Shown in pieces: positions 40,243-50,095 of a DNA stretch of 64,000 nucleotides. The stretch covers positions 66,867-130,866 of the forward strand of contig JADKJG010000004.1 in the NCBI GenBank assembly GCA_016722375.1, given 5' to 3'. The position numbers and the translations under genes are program-made. Numbering within the stretch: position 1 is the stretch's first letter; each line of letters starts with the position of its first letter. The notes beneath the pieces were generated by a model. That model did no database searches. It was not told where the DNA came from and saw nothing but the letters and a program-made list of their open reading frames with translations. The DNA comes from Bacteroidota bacterium. GTDB taxonomy: Bacteria > Bacteroidota > Bacteroidia > Chitinophagales > LD1.

Positions 40243-41601
40243 TCAATTCAGAATGACTGAAAATAAGGTTTTAATATCCATCCCACCAAAATGACCTGAG
40301 GACATCAGTAACAAGTTTTTATTTTTCCAGTTTTGCTTTTGGAGAAACTCTGCCAGCGATTCGGGAGCGGTGAAAATATTTAAATGTGGGTTATTGAAGG
40401 ATTTCCTAACAAAATCATCATTTAGGATTGGCATTTTCTTTAGTTCAAATGTTTCCCGGTCATAAAACACCACCGGAATATCAGCTTCGTTCATGGCATC
40501 TTTATATTGACTTAAAAACTCACGGTTTAAACTGCTAAACGTGTGAAGTTCCATTACGGCCAACAATTGTTTTCCTGCAAATTGTTGTTTAACCGCCTTG
40601 ATAGTGGCTTTAAGTTTAGACGGGGAGTGTGCGAAATCCTTATAAATAACCGTGTGTGCATTTTTGCCAGCAAGTTGTAGTCGGTTTTCTGCTCCTTCAA
40701 AGGAAGAGATAGACTGGTAAAATGCCATGTCCGTTACGCCCAACTGATTACAAACAATTTTAGCGCCAGCAATATTCTGAAGGTTATGGTCACCAAATAC
40801 CTTTAAAGCAAATTCGCCAGTAGGAGTAGAAAGAAAAGAAGTATCGCCGCGAATGATATTGGGATGCGTGTGATATGGAATTGTAGCTGCCTTCCCCGGG
40901 TAATTCTTGAAAATATTTTTCAATTCTGCGTCTTCAGCAAACCAAGTGATAACCCCACCTTCTTCAAGGCTTAAACCGAATTTTCTGAATTGATTAACAT
41001 ATTCTCCGTAATCTGGGAAAACGTTGACATGATCCCAGGCCACACCACTGATCAGTGCAATATGCGGTTTGTAAAACATAAATTTAGATTCCGGATGAAT
41101 AGGGGATGCTAAATATTCATCGCCCTCCAGAATGATTAACGGGGCCGATTCAGTAATCTTTACTCCCGTATCAAATCCTTTCACTTTTGCACCGACCATG
41201 TAGTCAAAATCATAGGCACATTCTTTCAACACGTGCATCACCATAGAGGTTATCGTTGTCTTTCCATGGCTCCCTGCGATTACTACCCTCTTCTTTTCCT
41301 TGGAGACCTCATAAAGATATTCAGGAAAGGAATAAATTTTCAAACCTAATTCTTGAGCCTTCAATAATTCAGGGTTATCAGCACGTGCGTGCATTCCCAG
41401 TATAACAGCGTCCAAGTTCCTAGTAATTTTATCCGGGAAAAAGCCAACTTGAGCGGGTAAAATTGATTCAGATTTGAGATTGGTTTTAGCCGGGTCTACA
41501 ATTTTATCGTCTGAGCCGGTAACATTATTACCCTTCCTGCGTAAAACTATAGCAAGGTTGTGCATCACCGCCCCGCCTATTGCTATAAAATGAATATTCA
41601 C
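40243..41601 (-). CDS. mpl: UDP-N-acetylmuramate:L-alanyl-gamma-D-glutamyl-meso-DAP ligase
   Basis: Mur ligase family. Motifs IHFIAIGGAVMHNLA and GSHGKTT. The 452-aa length and N-terminus are typical of Mpl. Confidence 0.8.
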   Translation of the reverse strand: MNIHFIAIGGAVMHNLAIVLRRKGNNVTGSDDKIVDPAKTNLKSESILPAQVGFFPDKITRNLDAVILGMHARADNPELLKAQELGLKIYSFPEYLYEVSKEKKRVVIAGSHGKTTITSMVMHVLKECAYDFDYMVGAKVKGFDTGVKITESAPLIILEGDEYLASPIHPESKFMFYKPHIALISGVAWDHVNVFPDYGEYVNQFRKFGLSLEEGGVITWFAEDAELKNIFKNYPGKAATIPYHTHPNIIRGDTSFLSTPTGEFALKVFGDHNLQNIAGAKIVCNQLGVTDMAFYQSISSFEGAENRLQLAGKNAHTVIYKDFAHSPSKLKATIKAVKQQFAGKQLLAVMELHTFSSLNREFLSQYKDAMNEADIPVVFYDRETFELKKMPILNDDFVRKSFNNPHLNIFTAPESLAEFLQKQNWKNKNLLLMSSGHFGGMDIKTLFSVILN

Positions 41602-41675
41602 GGATTCTTTATTTGTACATAAGTTAACAAAATATTTCTGGTACCTTTGCGTTTATAAATCAAAAGTAAACTTCT

Positions 41676-41810
41676 ATGAAAACTGTCATGAAAAAAATTG
41701 TGGTTGTAGGTGCTTTGTTCATATTTATATTTGGATTTACTGCCTGTTCCAAGCAAACATGCCCAACCTATTCAAAGGTTACCTTTAGCCAAATTGAAGA
41801 AAGGGTTTAG
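41676..41810 (+). CDS. possible 44-aa lipoprotein
   Basis: MKTVMKKIVVVGALFIFIFGFTAC has a lipobox. It is below the ORF-track size cut-off and I translated it by eye. Confidence 0.3.
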   Translation: MKTVMKKIVVVGALFIFIFGFTACSKQTCPTYSKVTFSQIEERV

Positions 41811-41995
41811 AAGGTTCGTTTCATCAAGGAAGACCAGTTCAGCCTGCTTGTTTTCATTATGAAATTTTAGATCGCTAAATGACTACAATCATTGTCTATC
41901 CTTAGTTAGTCAGCAGAGTTTTATTACTTTTGTTGAACTCTGCTTCCTGACACTAGTACAACTAATATTGGTTTAAATTATTTACTGCTCTGATT

Positions 41996-43519
41996 ATGAG
42001 GGCTAACGTTAGTCTATTAACCATTCAGAAATTCGTTTCTCTACTGGATGATTTTCATTTTGAAGTGTTTATCGGTCATTTGGCTGATCTCAAAGCTGTA
42101 CTCCCTGAGAAACTGGTAAAGTCCATTCGCAAAAAGCTTCCAGATTTCCATACACCGGCAGAGTTATGTACAGTTATGTATGGCAACAATCAAACTATAG
42201 AGAAGCGGAATTTTAATCAACTAACCGCGCACACTTTTCGCCTTTCGGCCTATTTATCAAGAAACTACCCTTCCTACCTCCTACACAACATATCTTTAAT
42301 CGAACAGCTCATTAACAAAGGACAACTGATTGAAGCTCAGATAGTTGCAGACAACTTATTGGATATATCGGGATTAGTAGAAGATTTTCATTGTGAAATC
42401 CGTGTTCTTAAAATCTTAGCACAGCAGGCCTTTTTAACGAAAGATATTGCCATAGGGTTTCAACTAAATTCGCGTTTAAAAAAGGCCTATGAAAACGAGG
42501 CAAACTATCAACAGATAATTTTATCGCTGCGCAAAACATTTTATCAGCCAGACTCAGGCCATAAGCCTGAGAACCTGAAGAATTTAATTCTGTTCTACAA
42601 GAAGTTCCAGAATGATGTGTCCGCTTCTATCCGCATTGTAAGCAAATACGCGCACATCTATTCTTTATACTATTACAACCCGGGTATGTTTGACAAAGCT
42701 CAGGATTTGATTCTTATCAAATCACTTGAAAAAGACCTACGGGATAGTAGTTATGTGGTTTTTCATTTCCTCCTTGATATCAAAGGGGTGCTGGGCTTTC
42801 TAGTACTTAATTCTTCTCTCATCAAATCTGGATCAAAGGAAGGAGAAAAATTCCTGCAAGAACTTCATAAGCATTTTGATTCTATATTGTTTTGGAAGCA
42901 TTTTCTCAATGTGCCACTCATGTTTCTTATAGCCATTCGTGCTTCAGAATTTCTATCTCGGTATCACTTCCAGATTCATAGGGTTGACTATCATGATGTC
43001 ATACGTCCTAAGGATCTTGCAACCATAGAATCGTTAATCACAAAAACTGGAGAGGTGCTGCAGAAGTACAGCGGAGGGGCCATTTATAAAAATGATATAA
43101 TCAGCCTCCGGATGTTATACGGGAGTTTATTGATTTTTTCAGGGGGTAAAAATGTTTCTAGGGGGATTAAAGAGTTAGAGTCGCTCCTTCTCTCATATCA
43201 ACAAATCAATCTCTCGGGTAGTACGGATAGCGTATTTCTGAGTCTGATGGTAGGGTATTTTTCAATAGGGAATTATGAGAAATGTAACGAGACTTTTAGG
43301 CGGTATCAAAAAACCATAAAGAACAAACCAATCTACGAGGGCAATGACATTAGTATTCATACCTACTATTATCTTGCAAAATGGTTAAGTACTCAGAGTG
43401 TACAGTATCTAAAAAAATTAGAGGATAATTATAAGCGCACCTCAAAGGATGAAGGTCCACGGAGAGCTATGGATGCCTTGATTTCTTATTTTAAAGTGCC
43501 GGTTCGTCTAAAGCGATAG
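41996..43519 (+). CDS. hypothetical helical-repeat protein
   Basis: 507-aa ORF with no recognised motif. Confidence 0.5.
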   Translation: MRANVSLLTIQKFVSLLDDFHFEVFIGHLADLKAVLPEKLVKSIRKKLPDFHTPAELCTVMYGNNQTIEKRNFNQLTAHTFRLSAYLSRNYPSYLLHNISLIEQLINKGQLIEAQIVADNLLDISGLVEDFHCEIRVLKILAQQAFLTKDIAIGFQLNSRLKKAYENEANYQQIILSLRKTFYQPDSGHKPENLKNLILFYKKFQNDVSASIRIVSKYAHIYSLYYYNPGMFDKAQDLILIKSLEKDLRDSSYVVFHFLLDIKGVLGFLVLNSSLIKSGSKEGEKFLQELHKHFDSILFWKHFLNVPLMFLIAIRASEFLSRYHFQIHRVDYHDVIRPKDLATIESLITKTGEVLQKYSGGAIYKNDIISLRMLYGSLLIFSGGKNVSRGIKELESLLLSYQQINLSGSTDSVFLSLMVGYFSIGNYEKCNETFRRYQKTIKNKPIYEGNDISIHTYYYLAKWLSTQSVQYLKKLEDNYKRTSKDEGPRRAMDALISYFKVPVRLKR

Positions 43520-43748
43520 CTTCAGCTGTCATTTTCCTGCCTTTCGTTTCGTTTCCAGAAAACAATCTGTGTTATAACTCATTTATTCTTTCAAAATAAT
43601 GAAATAATAGTGGTTTGGGTATTGACAAAAGTATAGGTCACCCATATCTTATCGGTGAGCAGTACAATCCAAATTGAGTAGATGGTTTGGATCAAGCACT
43701 TAGTTCAAGTGACTTGTCGTACTGCTGATAACATATTTAAAAGCCAAT

Positions 43749-44621
43749 ATGCGCAGGATAAGAATTAGTCAAAGGGTTACCACAAGGGATAGCAACTCCC
43801 TGAATCGCTATTTAAAAGAAATTGGTGATATCGAAGTCCTTTCCTGTGAGGAGGAAATTGCTCTTTTAAAAAGGATAAGAGTTGGTGATACGAATGCCTT
43901 AGAGCATTTTACAAGAGCCAATCTCCGATTTGTGGTTGCGGTAGCTAAACAATATCAGAATAATGGTATGAGTTTACCCGATTTAATTTGTGAAGGGAAT
44001 TTAGGCCTGCTGAAGGCTACGGAACGATTTGATGAAACTAGAGGATTCAAATTTATATCTTATGCCATTTGGTGGGTTCAGCAGTGCATAATGAAGGCGC
44101 TATCAGAACATTCGAGGATTATCAGGCTTCCTCAAAATCAGCTAGGGTCACTCAACAAAATAAAAAATGCATTTGCCATGCTTGAGCAGGAATTTGAGCG
44201 AGAGCCCAGTTGCGAAGAATTGTCACGTATTTTAGAAGTAGATACCAATGAAATACATCTTCTGATTGAATTGGATAAAAACCAGGTTTCAGTAGATGCC
44301 CCTATTTCTCTAGATGCTGACGGTTCTTGGTTAGATGTGTTGGAGAATAAAGATGCTGAACCGACGGACTATGAGATTGTTCATAACGAATCATTGCGAG
44401 AGGAGTTACATAGTTCGCTTTCTTTACTTACCGAAAAACAAGCGCAGGTTATTAAACTCTATTTTGGCATTGGGGAACAAGAGCCGTTAAATTTACAAGA
44501 GATAGGACAAAGAATGAAGGTCTCTAATGAACGAGTAAGACAACTAAAAACTGCGGCACTAAAACGTCTACGTCAAACTACTCGTTCAAAAATACTGAAA
44601 GATTATTTTGGCAAACCATAG
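43749..44621 (+). CDS. rpoD: primary-type sigma-70 factor
   Basis: Region 2 (NLRFVVAVAKQY, GNLGLLKA, FISYAIWW) and region 4 (NERVRQLK). 290 aa, as is typical of the Bacteroidota SigA. Confidence 0.85.
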   Translation: MRRIRISQRVTTRDSNSLNRYLKEIGDIEVLSCEEEIALLKRIRVGDTNALEHFTRANLRFVVAVAKQYQNNGMSLPDLICEGNLGLLKATERFDETRGFKFISYAIWWVQQCIMKALSEHSRIIRLPQNQLGSLNKIKNAFAMLEQEFEREPSCEELSRILEVDTNEIHLLIELDKNQVSVDAPISLDADGSWLDVLENKDAEPTDYEIVHNESLREELHSSLSLLTEKQAQVIKLYFGIGEQEPLNLQEIGQRMKVSNERVRQLKTAALKRLRQTTRSKILKDYFGKP

Positions 44622-44761
44622 TTCGCTATAAGCCATCATTCATTCCACCAGGGCTATAAGTTCCCATGACAAAAATAAATTTGTCTTATCGTCGGATTCT
44701 GGATAACTTTGAAACGTCAAGAGAATAACTTGCTATTGTTTCAAATTTCTAATTCCTTTTT

Positions 44762-45919
44762 ATGCCACATTATGTAACGAGAGGCAAAGTGCCTCACAAA
44801 CGCCATACTCAGTTTCCCAAACCCAAAGGAGGGCTTTATAGCGAAGAGTTGGTTTCGACCGAAGGATTTTCCAGTGTTTACTCACTTATATACCACTGCT
44901 ATCCACCTACCATGGTGAAGAAAATTGATGATCCGATAGATGTGAGTCCAAAGGTCGCTATGAAGAAAAGTTTGCAGAACCGTTGCTATAATGGTTTCCA
45001 GGTGGCGGCTCAAGATGATTTTCTAAAATCCAGAGTTCCGGTGTTGGTCAATAATGATTGCCACATCATATTGTCTGCCCCGCGCAAATCCACTAAAGGC
45101 TACTTCTATAAAAACAGTGATGCCTGTGAATTGATTTTTGTCCACGAAGGAACCGGGACGCTGAAAAGTATTTATGGCGATTTGAAATTCAGTTACGGAG
45201 ATTATATCAACATCCCTCGCGGAACCATTTACCAAATTGAATTTGATACTAAGGCTAATCGCCTGTTGATTGTAGAGTCTTTCTCCCCCTTGGCTTATCC
45301 CAAACGTTATCGCAATGAATTTGGACAATTATTAGAGCATTCTCCATACTGCGAACGCGATATCCGCGCCCCCAAAAATCTTGAGACTATTGATAAGAAA
45401 GGTGATTTTCTAGTTTATATAAAAAAACAGGGGCAATTGTGGCCCTACCACTATGCTGCGCATCCTTTCGATGCTATAGGATGGGATGGGCAACATTATC
45501 CATACATCTTTTCCATTCATGACTTTGAACCGATTACCGGCCGATTGCATCAGCCGCCACCAATTCATCAAACTTTTGAAGCCCACAACTTGGTGATCTG
45601 CTCTTTTGTCCCTCGTCTTTATGATTATCATCCTAAGGCAATCCCTGCTCCATATCATCACAGCAATGTGGATAGCGACGAAGTACTCTATTATGTTGAT
45701 GGCGACTTCATGAGCCGCAAACATGTAGAGCGCGGAATGATTACTCTGCATCCTATTGGAATTCCCCACGGTCCGCATCCCGGAACGGTGGAAAAAAGCA
45801 TCGGGGCAAAGGAGACTAAAGAGTTAGCCGTCATGGTAGATACTTTTAACCCTTTATGGATTACCGAAGAGGCCTTGAAAATTGAAAGTCCGGACTATTA
45901 TAAGAGTTGGATAGACTAA
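44762..45919 (+). CDS. hmgA: homogentisate 1,2-dioxygenase
   Basis: 385 aa. HgmA-type motifs (FYKNSDACELIFVHEG, YHHSNVDSDEVLYY, IPHGPHPG). Confidence 0.75.
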   Translation: MPHYVTRGKVPHKRHTQFPKPKGGLYSEELVSTEGFSSVYSLIYHCYPPTMVKKIDDPIDVSPKVAMKKSLQNRCYNGFQVAAQDDFLKSRVPVLVNNDCHIILSAPRKSTKGYFYKNSDACELIFVHEGTGTLKSIYGDLKFSYGDYINIPRGTIYQIEFDTKANRLLIVESFSPLAYPKRYRNEFGQLLEHSPYCERDIRAPKNLETIDKKGDFLVYIKKQGQLWPYHYAAHPFDAIGWDGQHYPYIFSIHDFEPITGRLHQPPPIHQTFEAHNLVICSFVPRLYDYHPKAIPAPYHHSNVDSDEVLYYVDGDFMSRKHVERGMITLHPIGIPHGPHPGTVEKSIGAKETKELAVMVDTFNPLWITEEALKIESPDYYKSWID

Positions 45920-46207
45920 ATGTCGCGCAAGCATTTAATTATTGAAGTTTTAGAAATGAGAAAGATGGAACAATTAGAAGACTTAGACTGCCGTAAAGCG
46001 GTAAGAAAGTTGGTGAACTGTTCCTGTGGTTTGCTTGTGCTGCGACCATTGTCAAAAGACTATACTATCAAAGATCAACTAAAACGGACAGCACTTTCCA
46101 CCATGAATAATATCGCTGAAAGGCCTAGGAGATATAGTGATAGTAGTGCTATTCGCCATCTCGAAATATCTTTTACATCAAGACAAGAAGACCGGAGCAT
46201 TTTATAA
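45920..46207 (+). pseudogene. degenerate/truncated four-helix-bundle (23S rRNA IVS-type) protein gene
   Basis: LEDLDCRKA through to KDYTIKDQLKRTALSTMNNIAE fits the family pattern. At 95 aa it ends early, directly before hppD. Confidence 0.45.
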
Positions 46208-46232
46208 CCAATTACTTAAACACAGCTATATC

Positions 46233-47363
46233 ATGGAAACAGCAACAAAAAAAAGCAAACAAACCCCTATAGTTGAAGATTTCCTTCCGCTTAACGGTAC
46301 CGACCACATTGAATTCTATTGCGGCAATGCCAAACAATCTGCCTATTATTATCAAGCAGCTTGGGGCTATGAACTGGTAGCTTATGCGGGGCCAGAAACC
46401 GGGTTGCGTGATCGTGCCAGCTATGTACTGCAACAAGATAAAATCCGGATCGTACTCACCTCCGGTATGCACCCCGAAAGCGAAATCAATAAACATTATC
46501 TAAAACACGGTGACGGTATCAAGGTACTAGCCTTGTGGGTGGATGATGCGCGTAAGAGTTATGAAGAGACAACGAAGCGCGGCGGTATAGGGATCATGGA
46601 ACCAACTGTACTGAAGGATGAATTCGGTGAGGTGGTGATTTCGGCTATTAAAACCTATGGAGAAACCATCCACAAGTTTGTGGAACGTAAAAATTATAAG
46701 GGAGCATTTCTACCTGGCTATCAGCCAAAGAAATCTAACTTTCCTGTTAAAGGAGTAGGTTTGAAATATGTGGACCACTGTGTTGGCAACGTGGAACTGG
46801 GCAAGATGAATGAATGGGTAAAGTTCTATGAACAGGTGATGGGTTTTAAACTTCTTATCACCTTTGATGACAAAGATATTTCTACCGAATACACTGCCCT
46901 GATGAGCAAAGTAGTGAGCAACGGCAACGGGTACGTCAAATTCCCCATCAATGAACCGGCAAATGGAAAAAAGAAATCACAGATTGAGGAATACATCGAG
47001 TTTTATCACGGTGCTGGTGTACAACACATTGCCGTTGCCACAGATGATATAATAGCAACAGTTACTGAACTGAGAGCGCGGGGAGTAGAGTTTCTTTATG
47101 TTCCCGAAACCTATTATGACGAGGTGTGGAGTAGAGTCGGCGAAATCAATGAAGACCATCAGGCGATTAAAAAACTCAATATACTCATTGATCGTGACGA
47201 AGAAGGTTACCTCCTTCAACTATTCACTAAACCTGTTCAGGACCGACCTACGGTATTCTTCGAAATCATTCAGCGCTGCGGTGCCAAGAGTTTTGGCAAA
47301 GGAAATTTCAAAGCGCTGTTTGAAGCGATTGAGAGAGAGCAGGATCTACGGGGTAATTTATAG
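46233..47363 (+). CDS. hppD: 4-hydroxyphenylpyruvate dioxygenase
   Basis: The start is taken at METATKK. Motifs HIEFY, VQHIAVATDDI and FFEIIQR. Confidence 0.85.
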   Translation: METATKKSKQTPIVEDFLPLNGTDHIEFYCGNAKQSAYYYQAAWGYELVAYAGPETGLRDRASYVLQQDKIRIVLTSGMHPESEINKHYLKHGDGIKVLALWVDDARKSYEETTKRGGIGIMEPTVLKDEFGEVVISAIKTYGETIHKFVERKNYKGAFLPGYQPKKSNFPVKGVGLKYVDHCVGNVELGKMNEWVKFYEQVMGFKLLITFDDKDISTEYTALMSKVVSNGNGYVKFPINEPANGKKKSQIEEYIEFYHGAGVQHIAVATDDIIATVTELRARGVEFLYVPETYYDEVWSRVGEINEDHQAIKKLNILIDRDEEGYLLQLFTKPVQDRPTVFFEIIQRCGAKSFGKGNFKALFEAIEREQDLRGNL

Positions 47364-47397
47364 ATTTTGAAGGGTTTATGTACGAAGGCATGGATAG

Positions 47398-47616
47398 TTA
47401 CATCCCGTCCCAATCTCTTTCGACGTTGTGCATGTCGGCAATCTTCTGCCAGTCGCCATTGGCGGCGGCCGTGATGGCGGTGCGCAGTTGATTATTCTTT
47501 GGGGTCATATCCGCGAGGGTCACGTTGGGGGTGACAAAGGTGCCGGGGTTGGCCGCAATCTTCGCAATGTTACTATCTCCCAGCGCCACTTTCTCTGTGG
47601 CAGATTTTTTAAAAAT
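47398..47616 (-). pseudogene. truncated third paralogue (P3) of the FN3-tailed family
   Basis: The open frame reads KKSATEKVALGDSNIAKIAANPGTFVTPNVTLADM, matching the N-domains of P1 and P2. It has no ATG, only about 70 aa, and the FN3 part is missing. Confidence 0.6.
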
Positions 47617-47721
47617 TTAAGTGCTACCCTTACTCTTCTCATGTTGTTTAGGTTTTAATGGTTAAAAAATAATGGTGCATTGATTTTCGGAAATAAAAGG
47701 ACCGGAAGGGGCATTTGCATA

Positions 47722-47971
47722 GCCTGTTTTCCTATAGGAAAAATACTTTTTCCTATTTGCTTGACTCGTTTTCCTATAGGGAAAACCCCTTTTCCCTATT
47801 AGCTTGCCCTGTTTTCCTATAGGAAAAACACTTTTTCTAATTAGCTTGTCCTGATTCCTATAGGAAAAAAGCTTTTTCCAATTAGCTTGTCCTCTTTTCC
47901 TATAGGAAAAACACTTTTTCTAATTAGCTTGTCCTGATTCCTATAGGGAAAACACTTTTTCCAATTAGCTT
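47722..47971. repeat. six-copy tandem array with 42-bp period, containing a perfect 16-bp palindrome TTTTCCTATAGGAAAA
   Basis: Palindromes at 47727, 47769, 47812, 47853, 47895 and 47937. Units 3+4 and 5+6 form a near-identical 83-84-bp higher-order repeat. Confidence 0.9.
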
Positions 47972-48157
47972 TTGAGGCCGGAATTGCTGAAAAAGGCTGA
48001 TTTTGGTTCATTTTCGGGTTTTTTCGGGCTTTTGAGCGCTTTCAACCCAAATGACGCAATAGAAAAAAGGGGTATTTTTTCAGCTTAAAATCCTAATGCG
48101 TAGAGCGTTAGAGAAAGTAGCCTATGGAATTCGATGTATCCTTAACTAACAAAGAGA

Positions 48158-48529
48158 TTGCGCCTGTTTGCCGAAGATGAAACCTGTCGAAACTATCGCT
48201 ATTCTACCTATGTTACCAATCTCGAGTTTGCTCCCGCAGAAGTGTGGCGGATGTACCGTGGCAGAGGGGATGCGGAAAACAGAATTAAGGAACTGAAACA
48301 AGACTTTGGTTTTGACAGCTTTAACTTAAATGGATTTTACCCAACCGAAGCCGCACTGACTTTTGCCATGATTGCTTATAATCTAATGTCGCTTTTTAGA
48401 ACCTTTGCCATTGGAGCATATTTTGAAAAGCAAAATGGTAAACTCGACCTAAATAAAAAACGAAGAAAATGGTTTTCCTGTTTATGGAATTATCCACTTA
48501 AAATTCCTTTTCATTTTTCTAATCCGTAA
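48158..48529 (+). mobile_element. C-terminal fragment of a DDE (IS4/IS1380-like) transposase; IS remnant
   Basis: YRGRGDAENRIKELKQDFGFDSF matches the Y-2-R-3-E-6-K signature. Only about 120 aa remain and no inverted repeats were identified. Confidence 0.65.
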
Positions 48530-48564
48530 TCTGGGATAAACAAGAACAGAGGTGCTATAAAAAA

Positions 48565-48600
48565 GCGAAACGCCTTGAGAATCAAGGCGTTTCGGCTTTT
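48565..48600 (+). terminator. rho-independent terminator
   Basis: CGAAACGCCTTGA-gaa-TCAAGGCGTTTCG followed by GCTTTT. Confidence 0.7.
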
Positions 48601-49024
48601 CTAAGTTGGCCCAGCAGGACAGCAGAAAGGCGAGGAGTTTTCACATCGCTGTATATAGAGTTGTGTAATGAGGCCGCGAAACGCTTGCCGGCCTTGCTCC
48701 CCGGCCTCCATTAAATACATAAAGTGAGGAAAGCCATGTGCAACGATGGTGAATCCTGTGGAAAAAAGTGTATGTAAAGAGTGTGTGTAGGTGGTAGTTG
48801 GCAGACAGCATATTCTATGGGCTAAACGGGCGTCGCAGGAACCACAAATCGGATTACGAAAACAGATGTTCTAGGTTATAACACACAAAATAATTAACAA
48901 ATTTTTTTTATTAAGAATGAATCGTAGGTTTGAATCACAATTAGCGGATTTGCACACGAACACGTCGCAAATAATTTGACATAAAAAATGAACCCCTTCC
49001 GCTAATAAAGCCGGAAGAAATTTA

Positions 49025-50095
49025 TTGGACGAAATAGAAAATGCCACCAATGGTGCGGCATTGAAAACATATCTTTCAGGCTTAGCTCCGAACCTGAGCC
49101 AGGAGGTTTTAGAGAGTAGCATTCAAAGTATGTCGTTGCTGGGCAGCATTGGTGTTTATCGAATTTTACGTGATAATGCGGAAGCGGTGAACGATAGTGT
49201 AATCAGCCGATTTATAGTTAAGTATAACGAACTTTACACGGAAATGCCTGAATATATGATTGATAGCATTAGGATGCGGATGGACAGCCTGACCTACAGA
49301 ACGTTTTTGTATGATACGCTCAGCTTTCACTCCGAAGCTAAAGATTATGCGGCTTTCAACGCCCTGAGTTTAATCGTGAAGGATACCGGCGATTTGGATA
49401 TGAATTTGTACCGCCAATGGTTGGACAGCCTAGGCGGTTCGTGGGCGAAGTGTGAAAAAATAAATAGCTATCTGCATGAAGGGAAGCTGGATACCGTTAT
49501 CCAGTTGTTAGACAGCACTGCTTTGCAAATCAGCGGTGAACATGACAGTATTTCCTTTTCCAGTTTCAAAAATTACTTGGTGGATATGATTGATTGGTTG
49601 ACGGAGGACTCTTCCGTCATGCGAATGTCAGCAACGCATATCGAAGCGCTGAATGAACACGCGCAGGCAGATGATTACCTTCCCGGCTCTGCATTAGCGA
49701 GAAATTTGTTAAATTTCTTTACTGATAGCAGTTACTTTACTCCGATAAGATTACCGGACGAGGTATTACCATTCATGGGTAAAAGGGATATGAATGAATC
49801 GGCACAAAATCCGAATCCTTATGTGGTAAAGTCTTTGGAACAAGAAGATGTACCAATGTTAAAAATTTACCCTAATCCCGCAACTGAAATGGTTAATATT
49901 GAAATGAATCCGGTTTGTGAGGGTTGTACTGTTGAAATTATTGATGTATTTGGCAGATTGCTTCTAAAGGAAATTATTGGAGAGCAATATAAGATTACAA
50001 TTTCAACCAACGAATGGGCGACCGGCATGTATCTTGTCAAGATAATCCGCGAGGGCGAAAAAATAAAGGATGGAAAATTTAATGTTGCGAAGTGA
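49025..50095 (+). CDS. T9SS C-terminal-domain protein, apparently 5'-truncated (no signal peptide)
   Basis: Por tail LKIYPNPATEMVNIEM through to GMYLVKIIREG. The ORF opens with TTG and has no leader peptide. It is adjacent to the IS remnant. Confidence 0.5.
   Translation: MDEIENATNGAALKTYLSGLAPNLSQEVLESSIQSMSLLGSIGVYRILRDNAEAVNDSVISRFIVKYNELYTEMPEYMIDSIRMRMDSLTYRTFLYDTLSFHSEAKDYAAFNALSLIVKDTGDLDMNLYRQWLDSLGGSWAKCEKINSYLHEGKLDTVIQLLDSTALQISGEHDSISFSSFKNYLVDMIDWLTEDSSVMRMSATHIEALNEHAQADDYLPGSALARNLLNFFTDSSYFTPIRLPDEVLPFMGKRDMNESAQNPNPYVVKSLEQEDVPMLKIYPNPATEMVNIEMNPVCEGCTVEIIDVFGRLLLKEIIGEQYKITISTNEWATGMYLVKIIREGEKIKDGKFNVAK

Noticed and set aside
47722-47971. The three tandem arrays (4412-4655, 27663-27876, 47722-47971) considered as CRISPR arrays.
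   Set aside because: Periods of 21 or 42 bp are too short. There are no unique 30-40-bp spacers between identical repeats, and no cas genes are in the window.
48541-49024. A search for a tRNA or other structured RNA gene that could mark an integration site near the IS scar and the island edge.
   Set aside because: I could not fold any cloverleaf with an acceptor stem and T-loop (GTTCRANNC) signature by eye. A tRNAscan or Infernal run would be needed to be sure.
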